A stretch of 64,000 bases of DNA. Origin: Candidatus Moranbacteria bacterium GW2011_GWC2_40_12 (lineage in GTDB: Bacteria; Patescibacteriota; Minisyncoccia; Moranbacterales; UBA11712). Positions 1 through 8,060 of this stretch are shown here, in pieces. Under the pieces are notes generated by a model that was not told the origin of the DNA, did not search any database, and saw only the letters and a list, made by a program, of their open reading frames with translations. Location of the stretch: assembly GCA_000995965.1 (NCBI GenBank), contig LBYD01000002.1:199889-263888 (forward strand). The letters run 5' to 3'. Each line of letters starts with the position of its first letter. Position 1 is the stretch's first letter. The position numbers and the translations under genes were made by a program.

Positions 1-1347
1 GCAGAATTTTTTGATATGCAGGTTTTGCATTTCCGAATTGGTAATGATTCCATCAATATTTTGAAATCTTTCGCGCTGTTTTTTGCGGGCCGTTGTCACC
101 CGTTTGCGAACGGAAGCGCTCTCTTCGCCTACTTTCGTCTCGGCCAGTTTTTCAAATCTCATCCGCGGGACCTCGGCGTGGATATCAATCCGATCGAGAA
201 TAGGGCCGGAAATTTTGCGCTGATATTTCACTATTCCCGCCGGTGTGCAAGAGCAAAGTTTTTCCGGGTCAGTCGCATTGCCGCAGGGGCACGGGTTCAT
301 AGCGGCTATTAGCGTGAAGCGGGCTGGGAAAGAAAGCGTCGCCTGGGCGCGTGAGACGGAAATCATCCCGTCTTCGAGAGGTTGGCGCAAATTCTCGAGA
401 ACGTTTCGGGAAAATTCGGGAAACTCGTCGAGAAAAAGAACACCCCGATGAGACAAGCTGATCTCCCCGGGACGCGGAAATGTGCCTCCGCCGACAAGAG
501 AGACCGCCGAGGCGCTGTGATGAGGCGCGCGATAGGGCCGCTCGGAAATGAGCGATATCCCCCGAGAAAGTTTTCCGGCAATGGAGAATATTTTTGTGAT
601 TTCCAGAGCTTCAGGGAATGTAAGCGGCGGCATGATGGAAGGGAAGGTCCGGGCGAGAAGTGTCTTCCCTGATCCTGGCGGGCCGGAAAGAAGCACATTG
701 TGTCCGCCGGCCGCCGCCACCTCAAGGGCGCGTTTTGCGTATTCCTGGCCCTTGATATAAGCCATATCGGCGACATATTTTTGGGGTTCGAAAACTTTGG
801 AAAGGTCTTGGGGCGGTTCCGGGTCTATTTTTTTCTCTCCGGTGAGATGAAAGATCAGCTCTTTCAAATTGCTGGCCGGAATCACAGCAAGTCCCTCGAC
901 AATCGCCGCCTCCTTCGCATTTTTTTCCGGAACAATTATTTCGGTGACATTTTTTTCTTTGGCCATAATGGCGATTGGAAGGACTCCGTTTACTGGGCGA
1001 ATGGCGCCATTCAAAGAAAGTTCGCCGATAAAGAGCCGGTTTCCGATTTCAGCCCGAAGCTGTTTGGTGGCAAGAATAAATCCAAGGGCAATTGGAAGAT
1101 CATAGAGCGGACCCTCCTTTTTTATGTCGGCGGGAGCGAGATTCACAGTGATATGGCCGCAGCGGTGCGGCGGCCGGAAGCCGGAATTTTTGACAGCCGA
1201 ATCAACCCGGTCGCGTGATTCTTTCACGGCCGCATCAGGAAGCCCGACAATGGAAAAAATATGCGCTCCGGAATGAGTGTCAGCTTCAACCTCGACCAAG
1301 TGGCTCGTGAGTCCGAGAGTGGCGGCAGAGAGGACTTTGGAAGACAT
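1..1347 (-). CDS. comM: Mg-chelatase-like AAA+ ATPase YifB/ComM; start codon at 1347, C-terminus runs off the window start
   Basis: Reverse translation gives MSSKVLSAATLGLTSHLVEVEADTHS...GPPGSGKTLLAR (Walker A); N-terminal Lon-like domain plus AAA+, typical of YifB/ComM. Confidence 0.85.
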   Translation of the reverse strand, partial: MSSKVLSAATLGLTSHLVEVEADTHSGAHIFSIVGLPDAAVKESRDRVDSAVKNSGFRPPHRCGHITVNLAPADIKKEGPLYDLPIALGFILATKQLRAEIGNRLFIGELSLNGAIRPVNGVLPIAIMAKEKNVTEIIVPEKNAKEAAIVEGLAVIPASNLKELIFHLTGEKKIDPEPPQDLSKVFEPQKYVADMAYIKGQEYAKRALEVAAAGGHNVLLSGPPGSGKTLLARTFPSIMPPLTFPEALEITKIFSIAGKLSRGISLISERPYRAPHHSASAVSLVGGGTFPRPGEISLSHRGVLFLDEFPEFSRNVLENLRQPLEDGMISVSRAQATLSFPARFTLIAAMNPCPCGNATDPEKLCSCTPAGIVKYQRKISGPILDRIDIHAEVPRMRFEKLAETKVGEESASVRKRVTTARKKQRERFQNIDGIITNSEMQNLHIKKFC

Positions 1348-1383
1348 AAAAATAATTCAAAATTCAAAAATAAAAATGCAAAG

Positions 1384-1785
1384 TTATGGATTCGCTTCGC
1401 GACATTTACTTTTTATTGTATTTAATATCAGCATTGCCACTCCAATTGTAATATATATGTCAGCAAGATTGAATACGGGCCAGAAGTTTATATCTATAAA
1501 ATCGACCACACAGCCGCGAGCTATGCGGTCAATCATGTTTGAAATTGCGCCGGCAAGGATCAGAATGAAGGCTGTTTTATCAAAATATTTTCTACTTTTA
1601 AAAAATAAGAATGCCAGACAAACGATAATAATTATCCAGAAAAAATAAAAAAAACCCGGAGCAAGCGGGATGCTCCAGGCAAGGTTTTTGTTGCAGACTG
1701 AATTTTCTGAAAATAAAAATTTGAGAAATTGGTCCGACGCGATAAGCAGGATAAAAATAAAAAAAAGCTGAATACGATTTTTCAT
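1384..1785 (-). CDS. lspA: lipoprotein signal peptidase II
   Basis: 133-aa polytopic membrane ORF with NMIDR and FNLAD motifs characteristic of LspA. Confidence 0.8.
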   Translation of the reverse strand: MKNRIQLFFIFILLIASDQFLKFLFSENSVCNKNLAWSIPLAPGFFYFFWIIIIVCLAFLFFKSRKYFDKTAFILILAGAISNMIDRIARGCVVDFIDINFWPVFNLADIYITIGVAMLILNTIKSKCREANP

Positions 1786-1797
1786 TTTACTTTTTTC

Positions 1798-2154
1798 TTA
1801 TTTCTGACAGCCAAGGCAAGTATCAGCCTGGGGATAAGCCCGCAGTCTTTCAACCGGAATTTCCTGTTGGCAGTTTGAACATTTTCCATAAGTTCCTTTT
1901 TCCATTCGCAAAAGAGCCGCGTCTATTTTTTCAAGCTCTTTTTTCATTGATTCATCAACGGCCAGGTTGCTTTCATACATTTCCATCTCATCGGCGTTCT
2001 CTTCCTGGTCCCTTTCAATTTCAGGAAAAGATGTTTCATATTCGCGGTCAGTCCCTTTTTTGCCTGTTTCAGTTTTGGAAATATTTTCTTCGATTCGCTT
2101 TTTTTCTTCGAGAAGTTTTTGCTTGAGTTCTTCCTGTGTCTTTGAGTCGAGCAT
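1798..2154 (-). CDS. DksA/TraR-family C4-type zinc-finger protein
   Basis: 118 aa, acidic coiled-coil N-terminus, C-terminal CxxC-x17-CxxC (CSNCQQ...CLGCQ). Confidence 0.7.
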   Translation of the reverse strand: MLDSKTQEELKQKLLEEKKRIEENISKTETGKKGTDREYETSFPEIERDQEENADEMEMYESNLAVDESMKKELEKIDAALLRMEKGTYGKCSNCQQEIPVERLRAYPQADTCLGCQK

Positions 2155-2279
2155 ATGATTTCTTTACGAATTACGAATCTGCTTCGCTCTACGAATATAC
2201 GGATTACGAATATTTTTTGAATTATTATATTCGTAGGAGATCCGTAATCCGCAAAAGTTAGCTGCATTGAAAGTATAAC

Positions 2280-2669
2280 CTAGTAATATATATATTTCAA
2301 ATGCCGCAGTTTTGCTTTTCTTGAGCCCATATCCATTTCAATCGCTATTGCGTCAAGACGGTGCGGAGCATCATCGAGGTTATTTTGCCGCAAATACCGC
2401 CCGATAATGCGCGTGAGTTTTTTGTATTTCGCCCGAGTAATGGCGAGCTCGGGATTTTCCGCTCCCCAGCTTCCCTTTTTGCGCGCCTTCACTTCAACGA
2501 AAGCAAGCTCGCCCGTTTCATTTTCCCGGGCAATGATATCAATCTCGCCAACCCGATAGCCGAGGTTGTTTTGGAAATTCGTTTCCAGAATTTCGTATCC
2601 GTTTTTTTCGAGATAATCGGCGGCGATTGTTTCGCCCTGTTTGCCAATTGTCTTGATGTTCAGATCCAT
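2280..2669 (-). CDS. yraN: YraN-family (UPF0102) endonuclease-like protein
   Basis: 129 aa; GETIAADYL...GYEIL..N......GEIDIIA...E..FVEVK matches the UPF0102/YraN fold. Confidence 0.75.
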   Translation of the reverse strand: MDLNIKTIGKQGETIAADYLEKNGYEILETNFQNNLGYRVGEIDIIARENETGELAFVEVKARKKGSWGAENPELAITRAKYKKLTRIIGRYLRQNNLDDAPHRLDAIAIEMDMGSRKAKLRHLKYIYY

Positions 2670-3289
2670 GCATCAAGTATAACTTTTTTGGCTCGGCGAT
2701 CCAAGCGGATACTGATTGTCCCGGTTAATCAATAATTTTTAGCGTGGAACAAGGCAACAAAAAAACCGCCTATCAAAAGCCGATCTCTTCGCTACCCGTA
2801 TTTTCTAAATTGGTCAATCCGGCGGGCTCAAGCGCCCGCAAAAAATTATTTCAAGGCGGAGCCCGCCGGCGTTAGACATGTAACAACATGCCATAAGTAT
2901 CATTAGCCCGGGTGAAAGGCATTGTGATAACATTTTCAGCATGTAGTTTGACTACATGTCGTCTGTTATCATCAACTTTCCTACGGTTTTATAAGGAACC
3001 TATATTTTTATATTTATTTTATTCAACCCCGCACCGTTTTTCCGCAATGATTTTTTTGAGCAGGATATTTGCGAAGAAATGGCGCGGGGCAAGAATTTTT
3101 ATTTTTGTTTTTTACCCCTTCCGCGTTGGGAAGAAGAAATAGGAAAGCCAATGAGTTCCAATCGCAAATAGGGGGAAATTGCGATTGGAACTCATTGGCC
3201 AAGAAATATTGTGTTTTCAAGCTACATATACAGTATAGCAGATTTTTCGGAAAAGGTCAAATATATAATTTAAAATGAAAAAATCAAAA

Positions 3290-3400
3290 GTCAAAATGAC
3301 AGTGCAAAATGTAAAATTAGTTGAAAGCCAAAATGATTTTAATATTTGCCCAGTTTAAACTTTACATTGTCATTTCTCATTTTGATTTTTGAACTTTGCA
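3290..3400. repeat. ~110-130-bp AT-rich palindromic intergenic repeat (family with core aaaatgacagt.caaaatgtaaaatt ... tttgccca ... ttttacattgtcattt)
   Basis: Related copies at 25632-25765 and 53745-53875, and a half copy at 22925-22990. Confidence 0.6.
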
Positions 3401-3406
3401 TTCCTG

Positions 3407-4585
3407 CTATTTTTCCGACATATAGTCCAGGATTGCCCGAATGGAATCCTTGGAAGTGGAAAAAATGAAGTAACTGTTTTCCTTGCTGGAAAGGACCGTG
3501 TAGTCCAGGGAGGTATTGGCGGGGCTCGGAAAATTATAATATCGGATATCGGCATTCAAATATTTGCTGGAGTTGAAGTTTATCTGGGTGTCAGCTGGCA
3601 GCCTGTCAAGATAGAAAGAGTTCAAAATCGAGAAAAGGTCCCCCTCCTCGCTTTTCAGAGACTCAGCCAAATTTTCCGATTGCGCCAGTTTGAAAGCGGC
3701 ACCCAGTCGCGGCTCGCCGTTTTCATTAGAAACAAACAGGCTGTAGTCGCCTGTCAATTTTTCAGAAACGCTTGCCGGGAAAACGAAATCAAAAAATCCG
3801 GAAAAAACCTGGGGAGTGACCGGCTGGTCATCCTTTGAAACTAATTTCACCTCTGTTGCTTTTCCCTGAGAAACCGATCCGGCGAGGCTCTTTGCATATC
3901 TTTCGATGGCCAACTTATTGGCGATTTTGTCAGCTTCCAAGTCAAGAGCCCATTGTTTCAGATTGTTTTGGGCGGTATTTGTTGCTGATGCAGATGTTTT
4001 TTCGCTTTGGGAAGTTGTCGCGGGAGCTGTTGGTGCGGCCAATGGGCTGTCTGTTGCGGCGGATCTCATGAAAAACCACCAATAGCAAGCTCCGCCTCCT
4101 AAAATAACAAGGATTAGTAAGGATGAAAGGATTATACCAAGCTTGCTTGAAGATTTCGCAGGTGATTTTGCGGATTCTTTTTTCGGAACTCCCGCTTTTT
4201 CATCGAACGGCGAACGGGTTTGAAAAAAAGTATCTGAACCGAACGGATTGGGCATATCGCTTTTTTTTTCGCTCCTCGCCGCTGTTTCGGCCGATTCTTC
4301 CTTCTTCGCAGGGTTAGAATTGGGAAGAGGAACCATTTTTTCAGGTACCGGCGATTGGACCTCAAATTGCGGCCGGCCGGCCGGTTGGATTTCATCGGAA
4401 TGTGCCGGCATCGTCGGTTGGGAAAGCGGCTCCATTGGTGATTCTTTTTTCGCTGATTTTAGGTTCGCAAGGTCATCCTTGAGAGTGCGGATTTTGCCGT
4501 AGTTGTTCGGAAGAACTGTGCTTGTGAGATTGGCCGGGTTAGTCTCATTTAGGGGATGTTTCATTTGGAACATTTGTTTTTGCAA
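3407..4585 (-). CDS. hypothetical single-pass membrane protein with Pro/Ser-rich disordered N-terminus
   Basis: 392-aa ORF; one TM helix (LGIILSSLLILVILGGGACYWWFF); no recognisable catalytic motif. Confidence 0.6.
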   Translation of the reverse strand: MQKQMFQMKHPLNETNPANLTSTVLPNNYGKIRTLKDDLANLKSAKKESPMEPLSQPTMPAHSDEIQPAGRPQFEVQSPVPEKMVPLPNSNPAKKEESAETAARSEKKSDMPNPFGSDTFFQTRSPFDEKAGVPKKESAKSPAKSSSKLGIILSSLLILVILGGGACYWWFFMRSAATDSPLAAPTAPATTSQSEKTSASATNTAQNNLKQWALDLEADKIANKLAIERYAKSLAGSVSQGKATEVKLVSKDDQPVTPQVFSGFFDFVFPASVSEKLTGDYSLFVSNENGEPRLGAAFKLAQSENLAESLKSEEGDLFSILNSFYLDRLPADTQINFNSSKYLNADIRYYNFPSPANTSLDYTVLSSKENSYFIFSTSKDSIRAILDYMSEK

Positions 4586-4704
4586 ACGGGCTATGGCTCA
4601 TTTTGATTATACGAATTGCGAATGATGTTTTCCGCGCATTCGAATAAGCGCCTAATTCGTAAAGAGTTTTTAGCCCGTATTTTTTTGTTTTAAATAATGC
4701 AATA

Positions 4705-6831
4705 TTATTTTACACTATTTTCCAAACCTCGCATAGTAAGGTTGATTCTTCCGAGATTGTCTATTTCTTTTACTTTTACCGTGACCATTTGTCCGATCTT
4801 CAGCGCATCTTCGACTCGTTCGGTTCTTTTTTCGGAAATTTCAGAAATATGAACCATGCCTTCTTGTCCGGGGAGAATTTCGGCAAAAGCCCCAAAATTC
4901 ATTATACGCGTGATGCGACCCTGGAAAACTTCTCCGGGAACAACTTCATGCGTGAGATTTTTCACCCATTCGAGAGCTTTCGCGCCTGCCTCAGGATTAT
5001 CGGCAGTGATGAAAACCAAGCCATCGTCCTCAATATCAATTTCCACTCCGGTTTCATCAATAATCTGGTTGATGATTTTTCCTCCGGGGCCGATAACATC
5101 GCGAATTTTTTCCGGATTGATTTTAAGGGTGATAATGCGGGGTGCGTAGGCGGAAAGATCGGAACGAGGCGCGCCCAAAGTTTGGCTCATCACGTCGATG
5201 ATTTCAATCCGATTTTTCCTTGATTGTTCAAGAGTATCGCGGATCATTTCGGCTGTGAGTCCGTCGGTTTTCACATCAAGCTGGATCGCGGTGATTCCCT
5301 TTGTTGATCCTGCAATCTTGAAATCCATTCCGCCAAAATGATCTTCGGGTCCTTGAATATCTGTAAGGAGTTTGTATTTCCCGTCTTCGCCGATAACAAT
5401 TCCGACCGAAACGCCGCCGACCACTGATTTTATTGGAACGCCGGCATCAAGCAGAGCAAGGTTTGACCCGCAAGTGCTGGCCATTGAAGAAGAACCGTTT
5501 GAGGACAGTATTTCGCTTACCAGACGAATTGTATAAGGAAATGATTCTTTGTCCGGTATGACTGGCAGAAGGGCTTTTTCAGCCAAGGCTCCGTGTCCGA
5601 TTTCGCGCCGCCCCGGTCCGCGCATGGGACGGACTTCTCCGACTGAAAAGGGCGGGAAATTATAATGGTGCATAAAGCGTTTTTTTTCATCAAGCTCCAT
5701 GGTGTCGATAATTTGTTCCATGCCCGGAGCGCCGAGGGTCACGGTTGTGAGGGCTTGTGTTTCGCCCCGGGTGAAAAGGGCGCTTCCATGGGTGCGGGGC
5801 AAGATTCCAACTTGGCAGGAAATAGGACGAACTTCATCCAGCTTCCTTCCATCCGGCCGTTCGTCTTTCCCTAAAATCGCTTCATTGAAAAGCCTTTGTG
5901 TTTCGATGTCAACCGCAACGAGTGCCAGCTCTTTCTTTTGCGCACAGTCTTCCGGATATTTTTCCTTCACATAATCTCCGATCTCGGAGAAAAGCTCATT
6001 TTGGAGTTTCGTTTGGATGAAATAATCTTTTTGGAAAAGAGCCGGCCTGATACGCGCGGAAAATTTCTCCACGATTTCGCGTGCGAAATTTTCTTCCGGC
6101 AAAAACAAAATAGCCTCGGCTTTTGGTTTTCCAATTTCCTTTTGGATATTTTTTATGAAGCTGACGATTTGGTTGATAGTTTTTTGTCCTTCGGACAAAG
6201 CTTCAAAAATTTTCGCTTCCTCGGCTTCTTTGGCGCCTGTTTCAATCATGTTTATTTTTCCTTCAATTCCGCAGGCGAAAATATCATAAAGGCTTTTTTC
6301 TTTTTCTCCATTCACAGGGTTGACGACGGGCTGGCCGTTTTTTTCTCCGATTCGGACCGCAGCAATGGGGCCGTCCCAGGGGATGTCGGAGACAGTAAGC
6401 GCTGTGGAAGCGGCAATGGCGCCAACAAGCGCCGGATCATTTTCCTGGTCAATGGAAAGAACGGTGATGATCACCTGGACTTCATTTCGCATCTGCTGGT
6501 TGAAAAGCGGCCGGAGCGTCCGGTCGATAAGGCGGCCGTTTAGCACCGCTTCATCTGTTGGGCGGCCTTCGCGCTTGATAAAGCGGCTGCCTTTGATTTT
6601 TCCCGAAGCGTAGAATTTTTCTTCGTAGTCAACCATAAGAGGAAAATAATTCATTCCCTCTCTTGCTCCCGGGCTCATTACGGCAGTGGCGAGAACCATA
6701 GTATCGCCATAACGGACAGTGACAGAAGCGTTCGCTTGCTGCGCAAAAAGACCGGATTCAACGATTAGTTTTCGTCCGGCAATTTCCGTCTCGAATTTTT
6801 TTACTTTCTCCATTTTGAAGATTCTTTCCAA
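4705..6831 (-). CDS. pnp: polynucleotide phosphorylase (PNPase)
   Basis: 708 aa; two RNase PH domains plus C-terminal KH and S1 domains; located downstream of rpsO as in the canonical rpsO-pnp locus. Confidence 0.95.
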   Translation of the reverse strand: MERIFKMEKVKKFETEIAGRKLIVESGLFAQQANASVTVRYGDTMVLATAVMSPGAREGMNYFPLMVDYEEKFYASGKIKGSRFIKREGRPTDEAVLNGRLIDRTLRPLFNQQMRNEVQVIITVLSIDQENDPALVGAIAASTALTVSDIPWDGPIAAVRIGEKNGQPVVNPVNGEKEKSLYDIFACGIEGKINMIETGAKEAEEAKIFEALSEGQKTINQIVSFIKNIQKEIGKPKAEAILFLPEENFAREIVEKFSARIRPALFQKDYFIQTKLQNELFSEIGDYVKEKYPEDCAQKKELALVAVDIETQRLFNEAILGKDERPDGRKLDEVRPISCQVGILPRTHGSALFTRGETQALTTVTLGAPGMEQIIDTMELDEKKRFMHHYNFPPFSVGEVRPMRGPGRREIGHGALAEKALLPVIPDKESFPYTIRLVSEILSSNGSSSMASTCGSNLALLDAGVPIKSVVGGVSVGIVIGEDGKYKLLTDIQGPEDHFGGMDFKIAGSTKGITAIQLDVKTDGLTAEMIRDTLEQSRKNRIEIIDVMSQTLGAPRSDLSAYAPRIITLKINPEKIRDVIGPGGKIINQIIDETGVEIDIEDDGLVFITADNPEAGAKALEWVKNLTHEVVPGEVFQGRITRIMNFGAFAEILPGQEGMVHISEISEKRTERVEDALKIGQMVTVKVKEIDNLGRINLTMRGLENSVK

Positions 6832-6924
6832 ACAGCGCTAATAGACGAATAACACACAGCTGACACCAAAATTCAGTATCAATTGTGTGCGATTGGTTAT
6901 TAGGGCTGATAGAAATTAATTATT

Positions 6925-7040
6925 AGAATTGTGAATTCGGAATTTTGAATTGTGAATGGGAATCAAGAATAAAAATGCAGGATTCCATATTCAATATTCC
7001 TAATTCTATATTCTCAATTCTCAATTCCAAATTCTTTGAG
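6925..7040. repeat. GAAT(n)/ATTC(n) long imperfect palindrome upstream of pnp
   Basis: gaattgtgaattcggaattttgaattgtgaatgg...attcctaattctatattctcaattctcaattcc; a related block lies at 38255-38370 upstream of clpP. Confidence 0.55.
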
Positions 7041-7041
7041 T

Positions 7042-7545
7042 TTATATCAGGAACTTTCTCTTGTTTTCGCTTAAATTGATGAAATCGTCCGCGACTTCGA
7101 TCAGTTTTCCTGAAGCCGATTCCTGAAAAGCGATCACTTCCACGCGGCAACCCATGGTATTTTGGAGATAATGAACCAGGGGAATATAATCCCCGTCGCC
7201 TGTCACCAAAACGATAACATCGAGATGCCCGGCAAGCTTGACAGCGTCAACTGTGATGCCCACATCCCAATCCCCTTTTTTGGCGCCACCGGGGAAAATT
7301 TGAAGATCTTTTGTGCGGACTTCATAGCCGGACTTTTGGAGGGCGTCAAAAAAATTCTTCTCGAGGCCCTCAATCGTCTTGATGCCGTAGGCGATGGCGC
7401 GGATAAGCTTTCTCCCGGAAGTGGCCGTTTTGAGCACTTCTTTGAAATCAACCTTTTTTTTATAAAGAACCTTGGCGGAATAATACATATTCTGAATGTC
7501 CACCAAAACTCCAACCCGTTGTTCTGAAAATTTTCCAGTTGCCAT
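7042..7545 (-). CDS. NYN (LabA-like, PIN-related) domain protein
   Basis: 167 aa; GVLVDIQN...DxxxxGD...VLVTGDGDY pattern of PF01936. Confidence 0.7.
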   Translation of the reverse strand: MATGKFSEQRVGVLVDIQNMYYSAKVLYKKKVDFKEVLKTATSGRKLIRAIAYGIKTIEGLEKNFFDALQKSGYEVRTKDLQIFPGGAKKGDWDVGITVDAVKLAGHLDVIVLVTGDGDYIPLVHYLQNTMGCRVEVIAFQESASGKLIEVADDFINLSENKRKFLI

Positions 7546-7578
7546 GATAATCTGTTTTAAATAAAAATAAACTTGTTG

Positions 7579-7848
7579 CTACTCCTTTAATCCCAAGGAG
7601 GCCACAATCTTTTTGAGTCTCTTCGGATCTTTTCCCTTCAGATAAGCTAGAAGCTTTTTTCGCTTGGAGACCATCTTCAAAAGACCCCTGCGGGAGTGGT
7701 TGTCCTTCTTATTTTTTTTGAGATGAGAGGTCAGGCTCTTTATTTTTTCCGTGAAAAGGGAAATCTGGACTTCCGGTGAGCCAGTATCTTTCTCATGTGT
7801 TTTCGAGGTTGCGATAACTTTCGTCTTTTTCTGCTTGGTCAAAGCCAT
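7579..7848 (-). CDS. rpsO: 30S ribosomal protein S15
   Basis: 89 aa; [10 protein letters not shown]...[26 protein letters not shown] conserved S15 core. Confidence 0.95.
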   Translation of the reverse strand: MALTKQKKTKVIATSKTHEKDTGSPEVQISLFTEKIKSLTSHLKKNKKDNHSRRGLLKMVSKRKKLLAYLKGKDPKRLKKIVASLGLKE

Positions 7849-7980
7849 AAGTTTTCCAATTTAGATTATTATTTCTGAAAAAAATGCCTGAGTTAATAAT
7901 ACCACCAATAGTGTAATTTGACAACTTTTTGGGGCGATATTTATTAATTTCGGCAGATGTTCTATTATACACAAGGTATC

Positions 7981-8060
7981 CCGGTAGTATAATAGTTTAC
8001 TTTCGGGTTTAGTCGTCTATCTGACAGAAACAAGCCAGTTAATCATTATACTACCGGGTA
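7981..8060 (+). promoter_or_regulatory. 14-bp perfect inverted repeat (ccggtagtataatag ... cattatactaccgg) spanning the putative -10 and the pcrA start codon
   Basis: Left arm contains tataat; right arm abuts the pcrA ATG; upstream ttgaca at ~7918. Confidence 0.4.

Noticed and set aside
2700-3400. ~700-bp gene-free region with short ORFs (2912-3142, 3023-3220, 3069-3278); searched by eye for RNase P RNA, tmRNA, SRP RNA
   Set aside because: ORFs are low-complexity and overlap each other. No conserved cores (e.g., AGUCCGG of RNase P, tRNA-like 3' end of tmRNA) recognised. Contains only the CCCCGCACC clamp and a palindromic repeat, reported separately.
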